A DNA stretch of 30,838 bases from Pseudomonadota bacterium (GTDB lineage: Bacteria; Desulfobacterota; Desulfobacteria; Desulfobacterales; JBDRRP01). Positions within the stretch are counted from its first letter, which is position 1. Each line of letters opens with the position of its first letter. Positions 1 through 8,080 of this stretch are shown here, piece by piece. The notes under the pieces are model-generated. The model had not been told where the DNA came from, did no database searches, and saw only the letters and a program-made list of their open reading frames with translations. The stretch lies in assembly GCA_043825735.1 (NCBI GenBank), contig JBDRRP010000115.1:124001-154838 (forward strand). Direction: 5' to 3'. The translations under genes and the position numbers were made by a program.

Positions 1-835
1 GCACAATGACGATGTCCTGGGCCTGCTCCAGCCACCGGGCCGGGATCAGGAACCCGCTCAGGTTGTCAGGGAATTTACCGAGGACCTTGATCTGGTATTC
101 CGGGCTGTGGTGCCCGCCGTACTCGATCAGCTTTTCCCGGATGAAGGTTTTGTCGACAAGGGGAGATAGTTCGGCGTTGAGATGAAATGTCCGATATATG
201 CCGGAGAGTTTGCCGAAAGCGTCCGCGAAGTGCCCGACGGTCCGGGTCGGTTGCGAAAACATCAAGTACCGGTTGTCAGCGCCTTCGGTGAGCGCGCCGC
301 GCATGACCCCATGGATTTCGTCCGGGACGCCGGAGGCCTCGTCGACAATCACGATGTAATGTTTGTTGTGTTGGCCAGCGATGTTCTCGGCCGCGCCCTT
401 GCTCGCCGTCTTGGGCAACGCGAACCACGAATCTTTGTATGAGATGTGGAAATATAACTGCGCCTTTTTGACGAACAGGCCCCGCATCCACGGACGAACC
501 TTATCCATGTCGGCCATCACCTGGTCGAGGTATTTCCAGACTACGGAGCGAACCTGTGTGATGTTGGTGGCCGTAAGCAGGGAGTTTGAGAACGGATAAA
601 CCCGGATATTCCAGTCAATAACCCATGCTGCAAGGTGGCTTTTGCCCGTACCATGGCCGGAGGCGGCAGCCACCCTTGCCCCGGGCTCCTGGATCGCCTC
701 GGCAACGTCCAACTGCTGCCACGTCAACCGGTACCGGGAGTGGTCCAGGACGTAGCCCACAAGATCGCCATGGTACCTGGCGCAAAAGTCCAGGTACTGG
801 TTCGAGTGGAGCAAATCGAAGTGCTTACGCGCCAT
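1..835 (-). CDS. Terminase large subunit, P1 PacB-like (3' part runs off the window; absent from the ORF track)
   Basis: Manual translation from ATG 835: MARKHFDLLH...LTWQQLDVAEAIQ...ASGHGTGKS (Walker A)...ENIAGQH...VIVDEASGV (Walker B)...SQPTRTVGHF...LNAELSPLVDKTFIREKLIEYGG...YQIKVLGKFP; motif order matches P1 PacB as I recall it. Confidence 0.93.
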   Translation of the reverse strand, partial: MARKHFDLLHSNQYLDFCARYHGDLVGYVLDHSRYRLTWQQLDVAEAIQEPGARVAAASGHGTGKSHLAAWVIDWNIRVYPFSNSLLTATNITQVRSVVWKYLDQVMADMDKVRPWMRGLFVKKAQLYFHISYKDSWFALPKTASKGAAENIAGQHNKHYIVIVDEASGVPDEIHGVMRGALTEGADNRYLMFSQPTRTVGHFADAFGKLSGIYRTFHLNAELSPLVDKTFIREKLIEYGGHHSPEYQIKVLGKFPDNLSGFLIPARWLEQAQDIVIV

Positions 836-870
836 GCTTATAAACCCGCGCCACTATCTCATTAGTTCTT

Positions 871-1191
871 TTATCCATGTCCGTAAAAGTCCGGCGCCGC
901 GTCTGGATTTCGGTGTCGGCACTCGCTGCACAGATAATGTCCGTCTGTCTCGCAATCACCACCTATCTGTGATCGGCCCGGTTCGTACTGATCGCACGGG
1001 TTGTCACGGTCCCGCCTCCATCCGTCTTGGGCCACGGTATCGATCCTGCCAACAAATTCGGCGGCACCCCCTGGAACGAAAACCCCTTTACGGCATGCAG
1101 TTTCGACCAGTAATTTGATCAGCGCCGGATACCAAGTCAGCGGTAAGGTCGTTAACCCGGCTTTCAAATCTTGGTAGTCTTCAAATTTCAT
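871..1191 (-). CDS. Hypothetical protein with C-terminal Cys/His cluster
   Basis: 106-aa ORF filling the gap between the terminase genes; GGGGGA RBS-like site; C..C..GHYLCSEC cluster. Confidence 0.65.
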   Translation of the reverse strand: MKFEDYQDLKAGLTTLPLTWYPALIKLLVETACRKGVFVPGGAAEFVGRIDTVAQDGWRRDRDNPCDQYEPGRSQIGGDCETDGHYLCSECRHRNPDAAPDFYGHG

Positions 1192-1209
1192 GTCCGTAAT
1201 CCCCCGCGC

Positions 1210-2181
1210 TTAATCGCCATCGCGCTCCACCTCGAATGAGCCCCGGTTCTCGGTTTTCAGTTCCGCGACCAGGCGTTTTCTCTCCCGGACAAATTCCACC
1301 CGCTCGGTGTCGATCTCGGCCAGGATCTCCAGCCGGCGCTGCATGATTTTTTCGGTCGTGATCTCATCGCCGGCCGGCGGCGGGGTCTCCTCAACCTTTT
1401 GTTTCGAGAGCATGATCTCGATCGGTTTGGGCATGGCGATGCCCAGTTTGGCGAGCTCAAGGGCGGCGGTCGTCACGTCCTTGGTCCCATCGATCACGCG
1501 GTCAAAGATTTCATGGACGCACCCAAGGCTTTCGAGGCCTCGGATCGCCGGCAGGATCCGCTCAAGCGCCTTAGTCATGTCGATGACCATGGTAACCGCC
1601 ATCTGTGAATGCCAGGGTGAGGCGTCAGGGGCTTTCCACTCGTTTCGGCACTTGGATGTCTTTTCCAGAATGTCCATCATCCGGTAATGGATGACCAAAG
1701 CCTCGGCATAGATGTCGCGGACCCGTTGAGCCCCCCGCTCTTTGGCCAACTGGTCGACCGCCACCACCATCGACGGTTTCTCGGCCGCATCCCTGGTAGT
1801 TTTCCAGCCGGCCGTTGCTGCCCTGAACTCCTTTGCAGACCAGTGTAGGCCGACATGCCGGGCCACCTCGGCCAGAGACGCGAATTTCCACGATAGGTAC
1901 GACTCTTTAATTTTCGGCCAGTCCGGCGTGGTGTCGCCCCCCGGTCGGGTCACTTTAGGGGGGGCATCTGTTTTAGTTCTCGCATTAGTGGGTTTTGTTC
2001 CAGGGGCACCACGATGCTTTAACTTGCCGAGCCGCTTCTTAAAATAATGAAATGACAGGGCTTTTCCGAGTTCTGCGGTTCGACGGTCGCAATAGGATTT
2101 GATTGTGACGGTGTCTCCACCTTCTTTTAGGCGAAGGTACGCTAAACACTCGACATCATAGTCTATATTTTCCCCAGACAC
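1210..2181 (-). CDS. Terminase small subunit, PacA-like
   Basis: Upstream of the large subunit; HTH-like DWPKIKESY..SLAEVARHVGL; C-terminal helical region (VHEIFDRV..DVTTAALELAKLGIAMP..FVRERKRLVAEL) parallels the P1 PacA C-terminus as recalled. Confidence 0.7.
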   Translation of the reverse strand: MSGENIDYDVECLAYLRLKEGGDTVTIKSYCDRRTAELGKALSFHYFKKRLGKLKHRGAPGTKPTNARTKTDAPPKVTRPGGDTTPDWPKIKESYLSWKFASLAEVARHVGLHWSAKEFRAATAGWKTTRDAAEKPSMVVAVDQLAKERGAQRVRDIYAEALVIHYRMMDILEKTSKCRNEWKAPDASPWHSQMAVTMVIDMTKALERILPAIRGLESLGCVHEIFDRVIDGTKDVTTAALELAKLGIAMPKPIEIMLSKQKVEETPPPAGDEITTEKIMQRRLEILAEIDTERVEFVRERKRLVAELKTENRGSFEVERDGD

Positions 2182-2496
2182 CTATCCCACCATACCTTCC
2201 AATAACAGGGTCACCCTATGGATCGTCTCTATCGTTACATGCCTGGATAGACACTCGGTGCATTCCCTAATCCTTTCGACCCGGCCCGGTTCGACCGGAG
2301 CGGTCTCGTACACACCGGCCTTAGCCCCGCATGCCGCACACCTGTCGGCCGCACATCTGCCATCGTCACGCACCTCCCGGGTCTCAACCGCGTTCCCGCA
2401 CCGGCATTTCCGGTACCGGTAAATGGCGAGAGGGTCGTCCGGATCCCGGTCACCCCCAGGCGTGCGCATCCCCCGACCACACTTAGGACACTTCAT
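2182..2496 (-). CDS. Tandem NrdR/Ogr-like zinc-ribbon protein, putative transcription regulator
   Basis: Start reassigned to ATG 2496: MKCPKCG..YRYRKCRCGNAVETRE followed by CAACG..ERIRECTECLSRHVTIE. Confidence 0.7.
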   Translation of the reverse strand: MKCPKCGRGMRTPGGDRDPDDPLAIYRYRKCRCGNAVETREVRDDGRCAADRCAACGAKAGVYETAPVEPGRVERIRECTECLSRHVTIETIHRVTLLLEGMVG

Positions 2497-2839
2497 CCAC
2501 CCCTCCGGGCATGACGCGGCGTGACAGCAGGTAATCGGAAAGATCACAGAGCAGATACCCGACGCGCCGGCCCTGCCGGACAAACGGCACCGGGGACCGC
2601 TGCTGCGACCGCTCATTTCTTAGCGTGTAAACGCTTTTCCCGAGGATCTCGGCCGCCTCATGCTCATCGACGACGGTAATGCCGAGGTCCCGAGGGCCAT
2701 CGATCCGGCCCTCGATGGTATGAAAGACTGCGCCGCACTGACAGCGCCAGGCGCGGACCTTTTTCCCAGCGTGAGCGACGGGGACCCGCAGCGTGGTCTC
2801 TCCTGTAAACTCAGCCTCCAACCCGCACTGACAGATCAT
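2483..2839 (-). CDS. Zinc-ribbon plus MerR/Xis-type HTH DNA-binding protein
   Basis: MICQCG..RAWRCQCGAVFHTIE followed by EHEAAEILGKSVYTLRNER..PFVRQGRRVGY (HTH_17-like). Confidence 0.75.
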   Translation of the reverse strand: MICQCGLEAEFTGETTLRVPVAHAGKKVRAWRCQCGAVFHTIEGRIDGPRDLGITVVDEHEAAEILGKSVYTLRNERSQQRSPVPFVRQGRRVGYLLCDLSDYLLSRRVMPGGVDEVS

Positions 2840-3225
2840 CCTAAAATCACCTCCAGAAACCCGGGCGGATCCACGAATGAAACCGGCACTTCGATTCGGT
2901 TGGCTTCGTCAATTTCGATCGATAAGCCTTTGGATTTGTCCCACCCGCCGATTGGGATAATCCGCAGGGCTTGTGAGGCCCTGAGCCACGGCAGACATTG
3001 CGCGAGCCAAAACTCGTTGTCGGTCGGAGAGACATAGAGGTGCGGCGCGATGCGGTGTGAGTGTGATAGTGGTGAAAACACCACGTAGCCGGCAGTCATA
3101 AGCCTGGCCGCAACGATGTTGGCCACCCGGTGGCGCCAGGCCATGACGATGGTCCGGATGATTGGGAGCCCGAGCCACCCGAGCGGGGAGTATGGGCATG
3201 CGAGGTAGATGGTTTCCTCAGACAT
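2836..3225 (-). CDS. DUF1937-family (nucleoside deoxyribosyltransferase-like) protein
   Basis: Start reassigned to ATG 3225; IYLACPYS, VVFSPLSHSH, GWDKSKGLSIEI motifs. Confidence 0.8.
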   Translation of the reverse strand: MSEETIYLACPYSPLGWLGLPIIRTIVMAWRHRVANIVAARLMTAGYVVFSPLSHSHRIAPHLYVSPTDNEFWLAQCLPWLRASQALRIIPIGGWDKSKGLSIEIDEANRIEVPVSFVDPPGFLEVILG

Positions 3226-3658
3226 TGAGTTCCCCCTTTGCGTACTCCAGGAGGAGGCAGGCGTCAGCCTCGTTATCGTCCTGCGGGTTAAAACCACGCT
3301 TTTTAGCCTCTGCGGTCATGGCCGCCTTTGAGGCATTGCCACTGCCAGTCATCGCCTTTTTGAGTGTCTGGCTGTGTACCGGCATGAGTTCGATGCTTTG
3401 TGTCGCGGCCCGGGTTTTCACCTCGGTTAAAAATCCATAGGCAACCTCTGTTGCCGCCCCGCCTCGGTGGTGCGGGGACTCGTAGACGATCACCTGCGGC
3501 AAAACCAGTTCATTACATAGCTCTTTGAACCATGCTCGGAATCGGAGGAACCGCATGCCAGGAGACTCGCCTCTCTTTGTGATGAATTCTTGAACACCAC
3601 TTGCCCCTTCGGTCGCCCATCCAGTCTTCGTGGCCAGATCCAATGCGAGAATTTTCAT
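3218..3658 (-). CDS. RuvC-like Holliday junction resolvase
   Basis: ILALDLATKTGWA, IVYE, LKKAMTGSGNASK, DNEADA catalytic motifs. Confidence 0.85.
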   Translation of the reverse strand: MKILALDLATKTGWATEGASGVQEFITKRGESPGMRFLRFRAWFKELCNELVLPQVIVYESPHHRGGAATEVAYGFLTEVKTRAATQSIELMPVHSQTLKKAMTGSGNASKAAMTAEAKKRGFNPQDDNEADACLLLEYAKGELNV

Positions 3659-3671
3659 CGCCCCCCCTGAT

Positions 3672-3704
3672 AAAAACCGGGGCCGGCCGGCTTGACCGGC
3701 CCCG
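3672..3704 (-). terminator. Rho-independent terminator downstream of the secreted-protein gene
   Basis: 9-bp GC stem CGGGGCCGG/CCGGCCCCG followed by GTTTTT on the minus strand. Confidence 0.7.
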
Positions 3705-3732
3705 ATTGCGGATAAATAAACAACGGTTTCGC

Positions 3733-4632
3733 TTAGTCAGCCTTGCTCCAGTGCTCGATCACCCAGTACTCGGCGGTGATCACGTCGGCAGCGTTGGCCA
3801 GGCCAACCTGGAGTTTGAGCGGTATGGTACCGGCCGCAGCGGTATCGGTCGTGTCAGCCGCGTAGTCGCTGATCGGATCCGCGCCGGCGCCGGCGACAAG
3901 GGTGCCGATAATGCGTTGGGTAGCCGCCCCGGTGGCCACGATGATAAATTCTGCGGTCCAGTCACCTGCAGCGGCCGTCCCGGTGGTGAGGCTACAGACT
4001 GCGCCGTCCTCGAGGTATAGCGCGACGGTCACGACCCCGTTGGTCCCGGTTACCGTGCCGCCGGCCTTGACCCGAAACGCTTTACCCTCGGTAAACCACC
4101 CATCCGGAAGGGTAAGGGCCGCCCCGGTCACGTCGACGGTGGTCGCCTCGGAATGAGAAAACTGCGTGTACCCCTGCTGGACCACGATGGGGATCCCGCC
4201 GGTGTAGTCCGGCAGCGTAATCGTCCGATCCGCGGTGGGTTCTTCGACCGCGAGGGTGGTTTCGTAATTATTTGCCACATCACCCTCAAACTCGATGGAT
4301 CCGGCCGCAGGGTTCAGGGCCACAGTACCGGAAGCGTTCGGGAAGGTGATCACCCGGTCGGCAGTGGGATCCGTGATCGTGAACGTGGTCTGGTAGTCGT
4401 CGTAGGTCGCCCCCTCGAAAACGAGCGGGGACGCGCCGTAAAACGTGCCGGTCCCGTACAGGTAGGCGTTCAGGATTTCCAGCTTTTCCAACTTGATCTG
4501 GTACTTGGGTCCGGACGGATACTGTCCGCCCGTCCAGGGATTGGACACCCAGGCGGCGGACGCGATGGTGGAAAAAGCGAGCATAACGGCGATGAGCAGC
4601 ACTGCGATAAACGAGCATGATCTGGTTCTCAT
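3733..4632 (-). CDS. Signal-peptide protein with two fibre-like FEG..PTADR.IT.P repeats and a beta-rich C-terminal domain
   Basis: ATG 4632 with AAAGGGA RBS; Sec signal MRTRSCSFIAVLLIAVMLAFSTIASA|A; two repeats 43 aa apart; Thr/Gly/Ala-rich. Confidence 0.8.
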   Translation of the reverse strand: MRTRSCSFIAVLLIAVMLAFSTIASAAWVSNPWTGGQYPSGPKYQIKLEKLEILNAYLYGTGTFYGASPLVFEGATYDDYQTTFTITDPTADRVITFPNASGTVALNPAAGSIEFEGDVANNYETTLAVEEPTADRTITLPDYTGGIPIVVQQGYTQFSHSEATTVDVTGAALTLPDGWFTEGKAFRVKAGGTVTGTNGVVTVALYLEDGAVCSLTTGTAAAGDWTAEFIIVATGAATQRIIGTLVAGAGADPISDYAADTTDTAAAGTIPLKLQVGLANAADVITAEYWVIEHWSKAD

Positions 4633-4651
4633 AACGGTTCCCTTTCTGAGG

Positions 4652-4680
4652 AAAAATAGCCCGGGCCAATCCCGGGCGAT
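4652..4680 (-). terminator. Terminator-like hairpin upstream of the secreted-protein gene
   Basis: GCCCGGG-ATTGG-CCCGGGC followed by TATTTTT on the minus strand. Confidence 0.5.
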
Positions 4681-4694
4681 TGGTTTGCGCACTT

Positions 4695-5240
4695 TCAACC
4701 CCTCTCCACCACTGCGGGCGCATCTATCGCAACTGGAGGGTTCTGGTTACCGATCGGACCCAGTAAGGCCCGAACGTCGTGCGGGATCATGAGGCAGGAC
4801 GGCCCGCAGGCGTCGGCCGCCTGGTAGGTCTGCACAAAATCCTTTACCCACCACTTGAGTTCAGAATCGGCGATTTGCGACGCCCAACGGCGATACGGCC
4901 ACCGGTGTGTCATGAGGTCGATGGTGATCGGGTCGGTCATTTGGGGAGTGACGCCGGCCCCGCAGCGCTGGAGGTGCGCCACAATCCGGTTAGCCTCGGC
5001 TATGGCCCGGTGTTCGATTTCCGGGGTGCATGCGCCGGGGATGTGCTTGCGGATCTCACAGAGTGGAGGCATCCGGTTATAGGCCCAGGTCTTGAGCACC
5101 TCGACCACTGCGGCTTCCAGCGCCTCGGCGGAGATATCCTTGAGCGCGATCCAGTAGAGCCGGATGGTATTCTCGGTCAGCTCAACACCGGAGTTGATTG
5201 CGAGCGCCTTGAGAATTGAAACGATCCTTTGCTTTTCCAT
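4695..5240 (-). CDS. Replication accessory protein (helicase-loader/inhibitor-like, DUF6475-like)
   Basis: Directly after the initiator; ELTENTIRLYWIALKDIS..MPPLCEIRK pattern; start reassigned to ATG 5240. Confidence 0.6.
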   Translation of the reverse strand: MEKQRIVSILKALAINSGVELTENTIRLYWIALKDISAEALEAAVVEVLKTWAYNRMPPLCEIRKHIPGACTPEIEHRAIAEANRIVAHLQRCGAGVTPQMTDPITIDLMTHRWPYRRWASQIADSELKWWVKDFVQTYQAADACGPSCLMIPHDVRALLGPIGNQNPPVAIDAPAVVERG

Positions 5241-5241
5241 G

Positions 5242-6132
5242 TCACGCCTCCTCTGCCATGAACGCATCGATTGCAGCCTGTTCCCTGAGTTGTTTGGCGG
5301 TAGTGAGTGAGTTCATGGGGACCACCCGTCCGCGGTTGCGGTAATTCCCGTTCAGGATCTTTGCGAAGTTGGACGGCTTGACGATCCATCGGAGGTCAGC
5401 GCTCCACGGCTTGACCTTGCCGGTGAGATAATCGCTTGCAGCCACTTCGGTTTGAATAAACGTCTCCCACCACCCCAGCGATTGGCGCTCCGGTTTTTCC
5501 CGCCACCGGGCCCGGAGATATCCCTTGGCGGTTTCGTCCCATTCCCTGATCTCGGGGCACCCGGCAGGGATGCAGATCCGGTTGTAGAGGGCGATGATTT
5601 CGTTGTGGGGACATGCCGGAATTTTTGGGGCGGGGGCGGAATCTGCCGGAGGCGATTCCGACGAACAACTATCGATAGATAGTTGTTTATCTGAAGGTGA
5701 AGAAGAAGAAGGGGGAGTGAGGGGTGCGTTAGGTTCGCCATTAGGTTTGCGTTTGTCATAATGCCGGCGCTGGCGTATCCTATTGTTTTCCCGCTCTTTT
5801 TCTTCCCGTTGCATTCGCCGTGATACCACCGTTATTCTGGTGTTAGGTTCCGTTAGGTCGCTCGAATTGGTGCAAGAATTTGGTTTTCCAGAAATGGAAA
5901 CATTGCCTATTTTTTCCCGCCCGATGTAGCCGATCAGTTCGGCCGCTTTTTGCGTATCAACCCTAAGAATCCGAGCCCACTGATCGAGGGTCTTGGATGC
6001 CTCGCCGCGGGTGTCCGAAAACCATAGTTTGCAACACAACCGGATCCAGGCCCCCTCAACCTCAAGAGGGTGCTCCTCAAGATCCCTTGCCCAATCCTGC
6101 CAGTAGAACTGGTCCGCTGGGTTCTTACCCAT
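5242..6132 (-). CDS. Phage replication initiator (DUF1376/YdaU-like N-terminus, O-like C-terminus)
   Basis: QFYWQDW..EGAWIRLCCKLW N-domain; coiled segment and Ser/Pro linker; CPHNEIIALYN..ADLRWIVKPSNFAKILNGNY C-domain. Confidence 0.85.
   Translation of the reverse strand: MGKNPADQFYWQDWARDLEEHPLEVEGAWIRLCCKLWFSDTRGEASKTLDQWARILRVDTQKAAELIGYIGREKIGNVSISGKPNSCTNSSDLTEPNTRITVVSRRMQREEKERENNRIRQRRHYDKRKPNGEPNAPLTPPSSSSPSDKQLSIDSCSSESPPADSAPAPKIPACPHNEIIALYNRICIPAGCPEIREWDETAKGYLRARWREKPERQSLGWWETFIQTEVAASDYLTGKVKPWSADLRWIVKPSNFAKILNGNYRNRGRVVPMNSLTTAKQLREQAAIDAFMAEEA
5728..5860. repeat. Short direct repeats (TTAGGT core x4), candidate ori iterons
   Basis: GTTAGGTTC 5728, ATTAGGTTT 5740, GTTAGGTTC 5842, GTTAGGTCG 5852, inside the initiator gene. 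Confidence 0.5.
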
Positions 6133-6379
6133 AGATGAGCCTCATCACACGCTTTCGAACCATGGCCGCATCGATCCCTGCAGCCTCGCAAACCTCAGCG
6201 AGCCCGGTACGCCGGCCGAGGAAAAACCGTATCGCCCCAGGGGCGAGTTTCGGCTTTCCGAGGTCCTCAAGGGCCTGCACTAAGACGGCCGCCCACAGCG
6301 ACCTGTACGGGTCACTACGCGGGGCTCCCCAAAAGGACGGTTCCAGCCGGATTTCGACCGGTGCGCCATCCTCACTCAA
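6125..6379 (-). CDS. Hypothetical phage protein (~84 aa)
   Basis: TTG 6379 with GGAAGG RBS, overlapping the upstream stop; LWAAVLVQALEDL..VCEAAGID pattern. Confidence 0.65.
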   Translation of the reverse strand: MSEDGAPVEIRLEPSFWGAPRSDPYRSLWAAVLVQALEDLGKPKLAPGAIRFFLGRRTGLAEVCEAAGIDAAMVRKRVMRLIYG

Positions 6380-6884
6380 CCCAACCTTCCTGTCGGTACC
6401 GAAGGGTCCGGTTCTGCTTGAGTTCGGTAATCGCCTGCTCCATCGCGTGATCAACCTCCTCGCGGCTCGCGCTCGGGTCTCGCAGAGCGTCGTGATAGGC
6501 GAGCACCGCCGGATAGTCGTCAAGGCACTCCTCGGCGATCGTGTCGCACCCAGGCTCAGGCATGTCATGGGGCCGGACGATGCGGATCTGGCGAGCCACC
6601 ACGGACCGGGCAACATCCACAGCGCCGCGCTCCATAAGTTTTTTTAGGAGGGATTCGTATCGGTCTACTGGATTGTGCTGGTGGGAGGCGGTTGTGGCGG
6701 GGTCGGAGGCCCATCGGTGGATTTGGCGCTCCCTACTCTCTTCGAGCTGCGCCCCGCATGATGGGCACCCCTTGGACCGGAGGCCGGTGTAAAGCTTGTT
6801 AAGAGTTGACATCCCGAGGTGGTAGAGCGCCGCTGAATAAAACTGCCACGTTTCCAGCGGTGGCCCGGTCGGTTTACGGTTCAA
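6372..6884 (-). CDS. CII-like phage regulatory protein
   Basis: Position after cro; RQIHRWASDP..NPVDR HTH-like part and helical C-terminus; short CPSCG insert. Confidence 0.55.
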   Translation of the reverse strand: MNRKPTGPPLETWQFYSAALYHLGMSTLNKLYTGLRSKGCPSCGAQLEESRERQIHRWASDPATTASHQHNPVDRYESLLKKLMERGAVDVARSVVARQIRIVRPHDMPEPGCDTIAEECLDDYPAVLAYHDALRDPSASREEVDHAMEQAITELKQNRTLRYRQEGWVE

Positions 6885-7008
6885 TTCGCCCTCGCTTTCT
6901 TTCTTTAAACCATTAAAACTTTAAGAGAAAATCCTCATCGGTTGACAATTCACTATGACTCGGGCATTTGAAGTCAAACACGGCAACAGACAACGATAAC
7001 CGGAATCA

Positions 7009-7251
7009 TCAAGCAGCGGCGCTGTCTTGGCATCGGCATAGACGATCAGTGTGGGCGAGCCCACCCGGGTACAGCAGATCCAGGACCGACACCTCGTCGT
7101 TGGTGGCCGCCGAGATCCGCGCAGCGTTGGTCGTTGAGATGCCGCGGCCGCTCAAAGCTCTACTGATCACGGAAGGCGCTATGCCGTGGTCAACCGCCCA
7201 TGGAGTCGGTTTGATGCCTCGTTCATCAAAAAATTGTCTGAGTTTTTCCAT
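7009..7251 (-). CDS. cro: Cro-like HTH repressor
   Basis: MEKLRQFFDERGIKPTPWAVDHGIAPSVISRALSG..ISAATNDEVSVLDL; divergent from cI; start reassigned to ATG 7251. Confidence 0.85.
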   Translation of the reverse strand: MEKLRQFFDERGIKPTPWAVDHGIAPSVISRALSGRGISTTNAARISAATNDEVSVLDLLYPGGLAHTDRLCRCQDSAAA

Positions 7252-7258
7252 GCCACGG

Positions 7259-7314
7259 AATATTACACAAGTGGAATTCCTATGCAAGACAAAAAACCTT
7301 TAGTGGAATTTATT
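7259..7314. promoter_or_regulatory. Operator/promoter of the cro-cI switch
   Basis: GTGGAATTCCTA 7271-7282 and GTGGAATTTATT 7303-7314; minus-strand TTGCAT-N16-TAATAT pointing at cro. Confidence 0.6.
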
Positions 7315-7902
7315 GTTAAGCGGATGGCTGAACTGGGTATCAAGACCCAAAAAAACCTCTCCACGTTAACGGGGGTATCCCCAGCAACAATAAATAGAAT
7401 TTTTCAAGGGAGAGATGCGTCTGGCGAGAACGTGATCAAGATATTAAATGCGTTATCAGGGGATACTGTTGAAAAGGACCATCTTACTGTTTCTGGAACA
7501 TCCAGCCGCCCAATCCCTTTGATTTCTTGGATCCATGCCGGCAATTTCGCTGAAGCGGTGGACTCCTGGCCAGAGGGGATGTCAGGGGAAGGCGACCCGG
7601 TCTTTACCCATCGGCCGGTCGGGTGCCGGGCCTTTGCACTGAGGGTCGTGGGAGACTCGATGGAGACCCGGTTCAAGGAAGGAGACATCATCGTCGTTGA
7701 CCCGGACTTAGGTGTTTCCACTGGTGATCCATGTGTGGCACGGGTGGCCGGAGAGGTGACTTTCAAAATCTACTACGAAAATGGCACTGAGATCCGGTTG
7801 AAGGCCAAGAACCCGAAATACCCGGACATGGTGTTCCCGAAAGACGGAGCGGTGGATTTTTGCGTGGTAGGCAAGGTGGTGGAAATGATTCCAAAGATTT
7901 GA
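7282..7902 (+). CDS. cI: CI-like repressor (XRE HTH plus S24 peptidase)
   Basis: TQKNLSTLTGVSPATINRIFQG HTH; IPLISWIHAG (Ala-Gly cleavage site); VVGDSM catalytic Ser; TFK catalytic Lys. Start may be ATG 7282 or a later codon. Confidence 0.93.
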   Translation: MQDKKPLVEFIVKRMAELGIKTQKNLSTLTGVSPATINRIFQGRDASGENVIKILNALSGDTVEKDHLTVSGTSSRPIPLISWIHAGNFAEAVDSWPEGMSGEGDPVFTHRPVGCRAFALRVVGDSMETRFKEGDIIVVDPDLGVSTGDPCVARVAGEVTFKIYYENGTEIRLKAKNPKYPDMVFPKDGAVDFCVVGKVVEMIPKI

Positions 7903-8080
7903 TGCCACGGGACACTTTTCGGTGGTCGTGATTATCACTATGCGGACCCTAAAGGCTGGGGGTAGGAATACGGCCGTGAGTACGGTGGAGAAAGCGGTTC
8001 GAATGGGACGATGACGGGCTATCAACCCGGAGAACCATTCCACCTGCCGGCGGGGGCCGCACCCATCTGTAGGAAAAGCG

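Noticed and set aside
182..1118. Short plus-strand ORFs in the track
   Set aside because: Shadows of the minus-strand terminase and 871-1191 genes
1312..1558. Eight GATC sites in ~250 bp of the PacA-like gene, reminiscent of the Dam-controlled P1 pac site
   Set aside because: All eight are in-frame xxG-ATC Ile junctions, so codon usage explains them; the P1 TGATCA/G hexamer pattern is absent
6942..6970. Perfect TTGACA between cro and the cII-like gene as a PRE-like promoter
   Set aside because: No convincing -10 at proper spacing and no recognisable activator repeat
7994..8006. GGTTCGAAT tRNA T-loop-like motif
   Set aside because: No T-stem or cloverleaf around it
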